Shown one piece after another: positions 1 through 10,801 of a DNA stretch of 55,386 nucleotides (its first letter is position 1; the number at the start of each line of letters is the position of its first letter). The notes beneath the pieces were generated by a model. It was not told where the DNA came from, did no database searches, and saw only the letters and a program-made list of their open reading frames with translations. The stretch covers positions 225,724-281,109 of the forward strand of contig NIVC01000369.1 of assembly GCA_002269645.1 (NCBI GenBank), in the 5' to 3' direction. The DNA comes from Macrostomum lignano (Eukaryota). The translations under genes and the position numbers were made by a program.

Positions 1-720
1 AGTTTGTTCAGATCGTCCTTCTCCATCGCCTCGTAATGCGAATGCGACCGCCATTTTTAGGAACATTTGACAAACGGCCTTCAGGCTAAATTCGCAATAT
101 CAAACTTTTCACCTTCAATGATGTTAATGGCCCTGGTACGCCTGAAATACCGAAACAAGCCGGCTCGAAGCAGATTAGACTAGACGGTGCGTAGAAGCTC
201 CCATCCTGCTTTTAAGAGTGGCATAGAAGAACTTCAGCTTTCCGCAAGCTCGTCCTCAGTGCGGGATCCAGCTTCAAAGCTTTCGAATTTGTACTCTCGA
301 AGAAATACTTGGAAGCGGGCAATAGCTGATTCTTCTTGCTTTTCGGTAGAGATGACCTTGGTCTCCTCGTCCTGTCTGTCGAATCGCTTGCAGTTCAGTT
401 GTGGAACCTCCAACATCCGGAATTGATTCCGAGTCTTCACCCTCCACCAAGGGAATCAGATTGAACAGTTCTTCCAGAGTAGGTAGGAGCGGCTCATCAT
501 CGAACATCGTCCGCTCGATCAACGAATTTCTGTCCATGAGCTCTACATGCTTCTCGATTTCCGCCGTAGTCAAGCCGGTTATGCAATTGTCCGGGAATTG
601 AGACATTTGAATCATGTTTTCAAATGAACGCACATTGAGACGAACAAATATCGCGCTGAAGTGGAGAGAAAGATATTCCTTGCCTCCCTCAACCCTGTTT
701 TTGCAAATTGCCATCGACAA
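1..720 (-). mobile_element. Crypton-like tyrosine recombinase ORF (N-terminal/core-binding part, DUF3504/ZMYM-KCTD1-QRICH1-like), frameshifted, runs off the window edge
   Basis: Joining frames across at least five 1-bp deletions gives MSQFPDNCITGLTTAEIE...STEKQEESAIARFQVFLREY...EDELAEKLKFFYATLKKQDGSFYAPSSLICFRAGLFRYF..INIIEGEKFDIAN...KNGGRIPHYEAMEKDDLNKL. This matches the Crypton YR pattern 'T...v..F..w...eL...L..FY...rk.dG..Y..sSl...rA.i.Ryl....I.....F..an' recalled from the family. Likely start is ATG 615 or 720. Confidence 0.75.
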
Positions 721-759
721 AAATGAATAGCCACTGTTGGCTAGTCTATATGATAATGT

Positions 760-860
760 GATAGAAGCACGGCTTGTGCGTGCAACAACGCCATAGACAC
801 TCGTGCGCTACGCGCACTCGTGGTTCTAGGCGTTGTTGCACTTGCAAGCCGTGCACTATC
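760..860. repeat. Imperfect hairpin (~37-bp arms) with loop core CACTCGTGCGCTACGCGCACTCGTG; putative Crypton terminal site
   Basis: gatagaagcacggcttgtgcgtgcaacaacgccataga pairs with tctaggcgttgttgcacttgcaagccgtgcactatc. The loop contains the direct repeat CACTCGTG at 798 and 815. Confidence 0.85.
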
Positions 861-965
861 TTTCCATTGTATCACGCTGGCGCGCGTTAGATGCACGATT
901 TACTGTGCGTCTAATGTAGGTGTCTATGGCAATTTTCTATCTGAGTAAAAGCAACAAGCGTGCGT

Positions 966-1430
966 CTAACGCGTGCGTGTAATGCACGGAAAGTGAGTAT
1001 ATTTTAATAAGTATACTTCTGCTACAAGTACAACGTACAAGCGAAGTGAGCCATAGAAGTATCGCAATAGACTGTCGATCTCGCGCGGTGTAGAAGTCGC
1101 CAAATCACGCTGAACTGACGGATGGTTCTCCATGAAGCTCTGCAACTTACCGACATAATATTCGGTAGCCTTTGTCACACTTTTACTAGCAGCGGTGTCC
1201 TCGATTTCGGAAACGAGCTGTTCCAATTCAAGTAGTTCAGCTTCTTCGTCAGGTATCTTCTTGAAAAGTGCCTCCAGAAGATCCTCCTCTTCTCGATCAA
1301 TTGCCGACTCCGGTAGATTATCAGGCTCGTTCAGAATGTCGTCAATCTCATTGGTGGACAAGCCGGAAATCATTTCGTTCGGAAATTTGCTCAGATTCAG
1401 AAGTCTGACTTTAGTTGGTGGCTCAGCCAT
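966..1430 (-). mobile_element. Second, divergent Crypton-like recombinase ORF (154 aa), truncated after the 'LLRYFYGSLR' helix
   Basis: LSKFPNEMISGLSTNEID aligns with MSQFPDNCITGLTTAEIE of the first ORF, and LEALFKKIP with LEELFNLIP. ASKSVTKATEYYVGKLQSF...EIDSLLRYFYGSLR fits the Crypton core-binding motif. Homology ends near 1040 and no catalytic domain follows. Confidence 0.7.
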
Positions 1431-1596
1431 ATTCTCTCACAAGTGATTTTAATTTAACAGCTTCTTATTCCCTTCTTCGCAACACTCAATCAACTTGCGT
1501 GCCTTTCACGCATTTTTGTCTATGGTTAAGACAAATTAACTGAGCGTGCATCTAACGCGCCATCTAAAGTATTAAGCCAACGTAATACAATGCAAC

Positions 1597-1692
1597 TCAT
1601 ACATCGATTTTTTGTGCTTAAATGGTCTATGGCACTCGTGCGCTGCGCGCACTCGTGCATAGACCATTTAAGCACGCAAAATCGATGTATGA
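1597..1692. repeat. Second hairpin (35-bp arms, 2 mismatches) with the same loop core CACTCGTGCGCTGCGCGCACTCGTG
   Basis: 1597-1631 tcatacatcgattttttgtgcttaaatggtctatg is the reverse complement of 1658-1692 catagaccatttaagcacgcaaaatcgatgtatga, apart from 2 mismatches. Confidence 0.9.
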
Positions 1693-2311
1693 ATCCTACA
1701 TTGTAAGGGGAAAGATGTTGGGTGTGGCCATAGACGACTCAGTCGCACACACACCCAGCCATGAGCTAAAGAAGCAATACTTCAAGCTTGGAAATAAAAA
1801 AAGAAAAGTTACGATAACATGAAATAAGACGCTCTGCTAAGAGTGCAACTTTTAAGTTGACCTTGTTGATCTTGACTCACTGTCTTCCGCTAGAGAAGAA
1901 GTCATAACAGTGACAACTTCAATAGATACTGTACTATAAGTTTTGCTTTCTTAAATTTACTTGTGCCCGACTTCGAAGTACAGTCCGTGTGCCGCAAATT
2001 ATAAATTTCGCTGCCGTTTCTTCCGCGGTGTGCATGTATGCATGTGTATACTTTTCTAATCACGTAAACTACGTCAACAATAAACTACGTTGATTGCCTT
2101 TGACACGGTTGTCCCTACGCCGTCCGGACTTAAAAATGCACTCACTCCGAATCCGAGACTCCAAGCTAGGGGCGTACACGCACCTATTTGAAAACGTGTT
2201 ATACATGTAATTTGGCATGATTACAACAAATTACCTTTTACTTGAATGGCAAGGACTAATGGCAATATGTTAAATTTCAACGAGTTTCGTAGCTTTCTTT
2301 AACCTTTAGCA

Positions 2312-2446
2312 TTCGCCGAATTGGCTGTCGCCGAACTGACTTGTCGTCGAATCGGTTGTCGTCGAATCGGTTGTCGTCGAATCGGTTGTCGTCGAATCGG
2401 TTGTCGTCGAATCGGTTGTCGCCGAATTACTTGTCACCGAATTAAC
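2312..2446. repeat. 15-bp tandem repeat TTGTCGTCGAATCGG (~9 units, degenerate ends)
   Basis: Directly visible; five perfect units at 2341-2415. Confidence 0.9.
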
Positions 2447-3080
2447 TGGGAAGTGCACTCAAACACTACTATCATCAAATGCCAGTCGCATCAATGACCC
2501 AGTACGTACGTGCTCACATGTGATGTTGTGGTAGGCGAGGCCTCCCACTATTCCCACCGAATGTAATTTTATTTTCCTCTGCGTGGATTGCTCACCGAGT
2601 AAAATTGCGTTACGTATATTGATGGCGATGCGTCATTTCCCTGCGTGGAAATCCCCAATTTTTTCTTTTAGTGTAATTCGGGTTCCCACTCCCCGTAACT
2701 TTCGTTTTACTGCATGTTACATGTAACTTGACTCATCTAGTGTTACCCATCTTTCCATTGCGTGTAACCCCTCTCTCCCACCCGGGGTGATTCCCCTTTC
2801 CTCCCGGTGGCTCCTGAGAGCGAGAGTCTGTGCCCCTTCTTTCCCACCAGACTCTCGCTTTGGACCCCTTACCAGACTCTAGTTTGAAGCCCATGTCCCA
2901 GACTCCAAGATACGAGGGGACCCTTAAGTGTAAGCCCAGTTTTCCCAACCCGACCAGCTCTTCTCTTGCTCCACTAAGTAGTATTTATTTTACTTAACGC
3001 TGTATTACTGCGTTATTAATTAACTGTATTACTTAACTGTACTTAAGCTGTATTACTTAACGCCTTTTCTTAAACCGCGT

Positions 3081-3118
3081 TAATAATAATAATAATGATA
3101 ATAATATCAATGATGATG

Positions 3119-3166
<48 letters not shown>

Positions 3167-3380
3167 TTCAGCCTAAGGCCACTAATATATAAGCCAGTTA
3201 ATTTGTGTGTTAAACGGTGTCTTGGTCCTCAGTGACCTCGGAAGCAAATATTTCATGCCCTCGGTGGTCGACTCAGAGTTCTAGGGCAGATTCGAGCAGA
3301 TTTGAACTTTGAGATTTGAACCCTGACAATCGGAGCTTTTCTCCGCGAATTACCGCAGTAGTAGCAGCAAACTACCTACT
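3081..3380 (-). mobile_element. Probable SINE with (ATT)n tail
   Basis: The minus strand shows a B-box-like GGGTTCAAATC near 3320, a ~140-bp body, then an (AAT)n tract at 3081-3166 at the 3' end. The A box and TSD are unclear. Confidence 0.4.
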
Positions 3381-5206
3381 CTTAGTACAACACCCAGCAA
3401 ATTTAGTCTATTTTAAGTTCTCCATAGCGGCTACATTTCTGTATTAGGCAATCTGAAAGACGGCAATCACTAGACCGCTCAGTCATGACCACAGCTACCC
3501 TAAGTAGGACGCCCCCCTGCAGTAGTCTGATTGGTTTCCCTGGCGCGCCCAATCGCAATGAAGAGACGCCCGCTGCCGCCCAGCTCTGATGAGATGGTGG
3601 CTCTTTCAAATGAAGTGACGCCTAGGAGAGAGAAATGTAAGATGAAACGGAATCCTACGTTTTAACTGTAGGGTCATGGAAATAAGCTAGGAAGTAAATA
3701 CCATTTCGAATTCGGTACACCGCTTTACCCATTACAGTACATTATGACTACATGTAGTGCACATGGAAGTACATAAATGTACATCTAAAGTATATTATAC
3801 ACATTTAAATGTCTAACAGACACATGCACAGCTGTACAACTACATTTAGATGCTTATGTAAAATACACGTACAATTCTTATAGATACTAAATGATTTGGC
3901 ATGTAATGTGTATAATTTACACGAATTGCCATGTATACTTGTTTAATTCGAAACGGTGAGAACCGCGCAGAACAAAGTTTTATTTATACGTACATGAATT
4001 TTTACATGTACATGTACATCATGTACAAGTACAGTTGTACTTCATAACTGTATATGAGACATGTACCTACCAGTACATGAAAATTGTGCACTCCTTTCAT
4101 GTACAGTTTAAACTAGATTGTACAGTACGAGTTTTGGCAGGATTTTTACAGTATTCAGAGCAGACTGATTTGTGCTTTGCATGTGCTCTGCATGTACTTG
4201 TATGAGCTTCACATGATGGTGTGAGAGATACGTGACGTACATGTAGAAATACTATAATTCGACTAATACATGTACAATCAGAGCAGAATTGCTCAAGTTC
4301 TGCACTAACTTCCGCCGTATGTCAGTATTTGTATTAAGTAATGACATATATCTCCATCATATACATGTACCTAATTATCCCCTAAGATAATAAATTAAAT
4401 CAATACTTTCTAATCATAAATGTGTACCTAGCTAGCTTCAATATCAAGTTCGCACATAAAAATTAAATGAAAGTAGCCGATTAATGCAAATGACAGAAAG
4501 TTGCATGTAGCTACATGTACAGGTAGGTTCTCGCGTCTCTATTGAAAAGAAAAGATTGGAGAGAGAACTGGTACATCTACATGGAGAAAAAAGCATGTGA
4601 CGACACTTCCAGTCAGCAGAAGGCAGGCCTAAATGCTGTTTACTCGTCGCTCATTGGCTGGGCTCCAGCCCCATTCTTCACTCTCGAAGCCAACCCAACC
4701 CCACTCCGTCACCCCCTCTTACCCCAGACAGCAGTTGGGCACGCGTGTGTCGGTGGCACCCCCCTCCCCAGTGTACACACGAGTAAACAGCAGCCTACAG
4801 CTGCAACCCCCCTTCTGTGCCAGCACCACCAGACAGAGAACTTAAAAAGCTAGCCTGGCTACATGTTCCCAGCTAAGCGACCTAAAGCCCCGATTGAATC
4901 GCAGTTAAAAGCAACAGCTTATAGCTACTTCAAATCCCTTTCAAGAAATTCATTCGAAAGTCATTAAACAGTCTCCGATCACGTCTGATCGTCTTTAACA
5001 GTGCCTAAAATGTAAGTGCAAATATGGCTGCATATCTATTAAATGTTATTTTATCTCTGGCTCTGTGAATCTTTCAGAAGCAGTCCTGTAGCAAGATTAA
5101 TTTTCACGTGACATACACATATTATAGGAGACTTTAGGGACCGCTATTTTATTTTGACGGGTTGCCATTTTTTGAATTGGTGCCATTTTTATATGAAAGG
5201 GTGCCA

Positions 5207-5435
5207 TCTGCCATGTCATTTGAAGGGGTGCCATTTTATTTAAAGGGGTCATTGGGGTGTCATTTCATTTGAAGGGGTGCCATTTTATTTAAAGGGGTCA
5301 TTGGGGTGTCATTTCATTTGAAGGGGTGCCATTTTATTTAAAGGGGTCATTGGGGTGTCATTTCATTTGAAGGGGTGCCATTTTATTTAATGGGGTCATT
5401 GGGGTGTCATTTCATTTGAAGGGGTGCCATTTTAT
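5207..5435. repeat. 49-bp tandem repeat (~4.5 copies) just upstream of the BEN gene
   Basis: tgaaggggtgccattttattt recurs at 5221, 5270, 5319, 5368 and 5417. Confidence 0.9.
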
Positions 5436-5565
5436 TTTAGTCAGAACCATTTCACTCGAGTGGGTATCAATTTATTTGAGTCGAGTGAGCTTGCTGTCGC
5501 TTTCACACGTTTCACATTGCATCCACACAGAATCGAACTCCGGACCCTTATAAAATAATTCTCCA

Positions 5566-6198
5566 ATGTCATCATCTGGTAGGCGCCGCAAGACCAGCAA
5601 TCCGCAGCGCCTGACGGCCGCTCCAATTAGCTCCGCCTCAGGCGACCCCACTGTGCCCGAACTTGTTGCTGCACCAGACGGTGCGGCAGTTGTCTCACCT
5701 CGCGATGCTCCAGGCTCGCCAGTCCCGCAGCATCAGCTGCTGTCCTGCCGACTCGGACTCATGGTCGCCGATCTCAGCCGCCTGACGGCCGACCTGGCGC
5801 TGTCAACGTCGCAAAATTCAACGACAGCGGCGGCGGCAGCTTCGGCTGCATTGGCGTTGGAATTCCTCACCAGCGCGCACACGCAGCTGCTTGGAGGTGT
5901 CGGCTGCTGCCTGCGACAATTCCCGGATGCGCAAGCTGAGCCGCCGCATCTGGCGGTCCTGAAGCATCCAGCAGCGACTGCAGGCGTCACGCTGCTGAAG
6001 TCGCAAGCTGAAATCGCGCTGCCAAATTCGAGGAATTCCGATCAAGAAAAGCCAGCCAACCAAACCGGCAGAGCAGCTCCAGGCCAGCCGCCCGTCACTG
6101 CAGAAGCAGCTTCTCGGGCCCGGGTTAGGTGCGGGAAACAGCTGAGCGAGCCGGACAAAGTAGATCCAAATTTTCGACCGTGGGTGTCCGAGGATGGG
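5566..6198 (+). CDS. BEN-domain protein, exon 1 (low-complexity/coiled-coil N-terminus)
   Basis: ATG at 5566 opens a GC-rich ORF. The donor GGG|GTAAGT at 6199 is phase 0 and joins in frame to the exon at 7122. Confidence 0.65.
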
Positions 6199-6266
6199 GT
6201 AAGTGTTGAGCATTCGATCGCATGATGCGATGATTGCTCGAGTGCGACCTTCCAATGTAATCAGTT

Positions 6267-7120
6267 AACTATCCCTCAACCATCCGCCCCTCAACTATCC
6301 GCCCTCAACCACCTGCCCTTTAACCATCCGCCCTTCAACCATCCGCCCCTCAACCATCCGCCCCTTAATCATCCACCCGTCAACCATCCGCCCCTTAATC
6401 ATCCACCCGTCAACCATCCGCCCCTTAATCATCCGCCCCTCTACCATCTGCCTCTTAGCTCGTAATCATCCGCCCCTTAATCACTCCGCCCGTCAACCAT
6501 CCGCCCCTCAACCATCCGCCCCTTAACCATCCGCCCCTTAACCATCCGCCCCTTAATCACTCCGCCCCTTAACCATCCGCCCCTCAACCATCCGCCCGTC
6601 AACCATCCGCCCCTTAACCATCCGCCCCTTAACCATCCGCCCCTTAACCATCCGCCCCTTAATCACTCCGCCCCTAACCATCCGCCCCTCAAGCATCCGC
6701 CCTTTAAACATCCGCCTCTTAACCATCCGCCCCTTAACCATCCGCCCCTTAATCACTCCGCCCCTCAACCATCCGCCCCTCAACCATCCGCCCTTTAAAC
6801 ATCCGCCCTTTAAACATCCGCCTCTTAACCATCCGCCCCTCAACCATCCGCCCCTCAACCATCCTCCCCTCAACCATCCGCCCCTCAACCATCCGCCCGT
6901 CAACCATCCGCCCCTTAATCATCCGCCCCTTAATCATCCGCCCGTCAACCATCCGCCCCTTAATCATCCGCCCCTCTACATCTGCCTCTTAGCTCGCAAT
7001 CATCCGCCCCTTAATTACTCCGCCCCTTAACCATCCGCCCTCAACCATCCGCCCCTCAACCATCCGCCCCTTAACCATCCGCCCCTTAATCACTCCGCCC
7101 CTCAACCATCCGCCCCTCAA
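6267..7120. repeat. 15-bp C-rich minisatellite AACCATCCGCCCCT(T/C), ~57 units, filling BEN intron 1
   Basis: Directly visible; ends immediately before the proposed acceptor AG. Confidence 0.95.
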
Positions 7121-7121
7121 G

Positions 7122-7335
7122 CGCAGTGTCACCCTGTCCGCCAAGCACCCGTCAGTCACCCTGACAATCGAGGCGCACCAGCGTTTGCTCTGGTCCGCTC
7201 ACGGCGTAGCAACTCTGCATCTTCGAGGCCTGTTGAAGCACTTCTTCAGCCGTGAGGTGCTGGCTGAGTCCTCAGTCACTGGCGTCGGTGCGTACAAACG
7301 GCAGCTGGACAAAGACATCGTCTTGGGCATTTTCG
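7122..7335 (+). CDS. BEN-domain protein, exon 2
   Basis: Translates RSVTLSAKHPSVTLTIEAHQRLLWSAHGVATLHLRGLLKHFFSREVLAESSVTGVGAYKRQLDKDIVLGIF, matching the BEN motif LL..fF..e.La..s..G.....LD...v..I. Acceptor ctcaag| at 7121; donor G|GTACGT at 7336. Confidence 0.8.
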
Positions 7336-7410
7336 GTACGTTTTTCATACTGAAGTCCAGAAATGTAATAGATACGTACCTGAAATCATGCCTTATTGGC
7401 TAGGCCAAAG

Positions 7411-9029
7411 GGGTTCCAACCCGAAGGGTTCCAACCCGAAGGGTTCCAACCCGAAGGGTTCCAACCCGAAGGGTTCCAACCCGAAGGGTTCCAACCCGAA
7501 GGGTTCCAACCCGAAGGGTTCCAACCCGAAGGGTTCCAACCCGAAGGGTTCCAACCCGAAGGGTTCCAACCCGAAGGGTTCCAACCCGAAGGGTTCCAAC
7601 CCGAAGGGTTCCAACCCGAAGGGTTCCAACCCGAAGGGTTCCAACCCGAAGGGTTCCAACCCGAAGGGTTCCAACCCGAAGGGTTCCAACCCGAAGGGTT
7701 CCAACCCGAAGGGTTCCAACCCGAAGGGTTCCAACCCGAAGGGTTCCAACCCGAAGGGTTCCAACCCGAAGGGTTCCAACCCGAAGGGTTCCAACCCGAA
7801 GGGTTCCAACCCGAAGGGTTCCAACCCGAAGGGTTCCAACCCGAAGGGTTCCAACCCGAAGGGTTCCAACCCGAAGGGTTCCAACCCGAAGGGTTCCAAC
7901 CCGAAGGGTTCCAACCCGAAGGGTTCCAACCCGAAGGGTTCCAACCCGAAGGGTTCCAACCCGAAGGGTTCCAACCCGAAGGGTTCCAACCCGAAGGGTT
8001 CCAACCCGAAGGGTTCCAACCCGAAGGGTTCCAACCCGAAGGGTTCCAACCCGAAGGGTTCCAACCCGAAGGGTTCCAACCCGAAGGGTTCCAACCCGAA
8101 GGGTTCCAACCCGAAGGGTTCCAACCCGAAGGGTTCCAACCCGAAGGGTTCCAACCCGAAGGGTTCCAACCCGAAGGGTTCCAACCCGAAGGGTTCCAAC
8201 CCGAAGGGTTCCAACCCGAAGGGTTCCAACCCGAAGGGTTCCAACCCGAAGGGTTCCAACCCGAAGGGTTCCAACCCGAAGGGTTCCAACCCGAAGGGTT
8301 CCAACCCGAAGGGTTCCAACCCGAAGGGTTCCAACCCGAAGGGTTCCAACCCGAAGGGTTCCAACCCGAAGGGTTCCAACCCGAAGGGTTCCAACCCGAA
8401 GGGTTCCAACCCGAAGGGTTCCAACCCGAAGGGTTCCAACCCGAAGGGTTCCAACCCGAAGGGTTCCAACCCGAAGGGTTCCAACCCGAAGGGTTCCAAC
8501 CCGAAGGGTTCCAACCCGAAGGGTTCCAACCCGAAGGGTTCCAACCCGAAGGGTTCCAACCCGAAGGGTTCCAACCCGAAGGGTTCCAACCCGAAGGGTT
8601 CCAACCCGAAGGGTTCCAACCCGAAGGGTTCCAACCCGAAGGGTTCCAACCCGAAGGGTTCCAACCCGAAGGGTTCCAACCCGAAGGGTTCCAACCCGAA
8701 GGGTTCCAACCCGAAGGGTTCCAACCCGAAGGGTTCCAACCCGAAGGGTTCCAACCCGAAGGGTTCCAACCCGAAGGGTTCCAACCCGAAGGGTTCCAAC
8801 CCGAAGGGTTCCAACCCGAAGGGTTCCAACCCGAAGGGTTCCAACCCGAAGGGTTCCAACCCGAAGGGTTCCAACCCGAAGGGTTCCAACCCGAAGGGTT
8901 CCAACCCGAAGGGTTCCAACCCGAAGGGTTCCAACCCGAAGGGTTCCAACCCGAAGGGTTCCAACCCGAAGGGTTCCAACCCGAAGGGTTCCAACCCGAA
9001 GGGTTCCAACCCGAAGGGTTCCAACCGAA
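7411..9029. repeat. Perfect 15-bp satellite GGGTTCCAACCCGAA, 107 full units plus one variant, in BEN intron 2
   Basis: Directly visible; (9016-7411)/15 = 107. Confidence 0.98.
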
Positions 9030-9148
9030 ATATGTTTGACTGATACGCTAGCGTCGAATCGAACATGATATACATGTACGCTGATATACATGTCAGATTC
9101 AAATCTGGGAAACTGAAACATTCATTAAAACAAAAATAAAATTCACAG

Positions 9149-9333
9149 ACTACATCGGCAATCGGTATCCTGGGGCTATGACCGAATCTCGAATGCGCCT
9201 GTGCTGCACTGACGTCTGCGTTCAGGCGCGACGCCGTAGACGAAGCCGCGACGTTATCATGGTCGCCTCTGGAGACGACGATGCGAGGGTCGGCGATGCA
9301 CAGCTCGGTGACGGCGACGACTCATCGTGTTGA
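9149..9333 (+). CDS. BEN-domain protein, exon 3 (completes the BEN domain; ~343 aa total)
   Basis: Acceptor cacag| at 9148. The phase-1 join G+AC=Asp continues DYIGNRYPGAMTESRMRLCCTDVCVQARRRRRSR...SSC*, the expected BEN C-terminal helix ending C...RR. Confidence 0.8.
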
Positions 9334-10801
9334 TCAAGGATGCCATGACAGTGTTTGAGCAACTGCATTTTATAGCTTTGTTATTCTGGTTCGATTAGCT
9401 TGCATGCACATGTTCAGTATCTATTATACGAGCTCGTACGCTCGTATGTACTTTAATTCCCAGCTACATGTAAGTGTATATGTACATCTACATGCGCTAA
9501 GTTTGTTTCTTGACGAATAAAATTAGCGGTTGAAAAAATTTCTCATGAATTTCTATTCAACTTTGAATGGCTTTAGCTTACATGTATGTACATGACATGT
9601 ATATGAAAATTTAGAGATCGTATATGTACTACCTATGCATGTACATATGTGAAAATAAACTATTATAGCTGTATAACATGATCAAGTTTTAATTGCATGT
9701 ACATGTAAATGTCATAATTTAATCAGAAGGTATGCACATTCACAAGGGTGCTTTCATAGTTCGAACTACTGTAGTTTTTGCTATCGTGAAATTTTGACGT
9801 TTGGGAAGTTTCGACCTTTAAAATTTCGACCTTGTAAAAGTGCATGCTGCTATTTGAATTCTCGATGTGAGATTTCGACCTTGTCAATTTTCGCGTTTGT
9901 GAACCCCCTCTCCTGTACAGCGCGTGAGCGACTGCACGATTTAGATGTGTATGTATACTGTACACATTAGAGATATGTATGCATGTAAGCTACTAAGTTT
10001 AGTTGTGTATAGAGAACAACTTTTGTATGTTTCTCACAATACTCTAGAATACACTTATCACCTGAGTATGCATATGAAAATAGCTCCATGACATGAGTAG
10101 CTCACAGAACAAAATTGGTGGCATCTACAAATTGGTCCCAGTGGATAAAGTTTTTTGTACGTTGTGATATGGCTAAATGAATGAGTGTAAAGGTTCGTTT
10201 TTTTGTTTAGATAATTCAATTTTCCTTGTGGTAAAGATGCTCTTGTAAGTAGAACAGAGTGCCTGTGCCTTTTATTTATATGGGGGTAATGAGGTAAATA
10301 ACATTCTATAATTCGGGATGTTCGGAAACTGCTTTTTAGAATAAGCGCGCGGATTTAAAAAACGGATCAGTTTAAAAAGTTCAAAGAAAGTTAAACGTTT
10401 AAGAGTTGGTGTTTAAAAAACGTTTAAAAATCTACAGATTCGTATTGTCCAAACAGGCTGTTCATTCTGAGCCACTATTACTAGCTACTACTAAAAAACG
10501 GCGGATCTTGACTTCACGATTTAACATGATTATTGAATTCCATGCGTAAGCGCCAAGCCCAGTTAAATTACCCGGAAATTTTTAGAAGCCCCAAACCCCC
10601 AACGAGCTAGCTACATATGACAGATGAGATTGAGATTTGTATTTAGGATGTTCTAGGTAGTAGGCCTATTAGTAAGCTAAAAGAAATTTTTATTATTAGG
10701 TCTCTTTATATGACTGATATTGTATATGTATAAATTATTATACTATGTGGGAATGGAAAGTAGCCTTTTTTGTTGGTCCTACAATTCTAACAGTATCTAG
10801 A

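Noticed and set aside
3740-4520. TACATGTA-rich AT segment (also 9560-9970)
   Set aside because: Diffuse low-complexity palindromic motif with no defined unit or boundaries.
4542-4853. 103-aa ORF
   Set aside because: Non-ATG start, no motif.
5733-6255. Minus-strand ORFs over BEN exon 1
   Set aside because: Antisense shadows of a GC-rich coding exon; the same applies to the shadow ORFs over the GPCR, complexin and DCX exons.
7411-9029. Telomere-like GGGTT repeat
   Set aside because: The unit is a 15-bp self-complementary sequence, not TTAGGG-type, and it is intragenic.
7388-9121. 547-573-aa ORFs (SNPKG, EPFGL, FQPEG, VGTLR repeats)
   Set aside because: These are stop-free translations of a perfect 15-bp satellite in several frames, and the region is better explained as a BEN intron.
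9746-9908. Short element with TTTCGACCTT subrepeats
   Set aside because: No matching TIR pair or TSD could be established.
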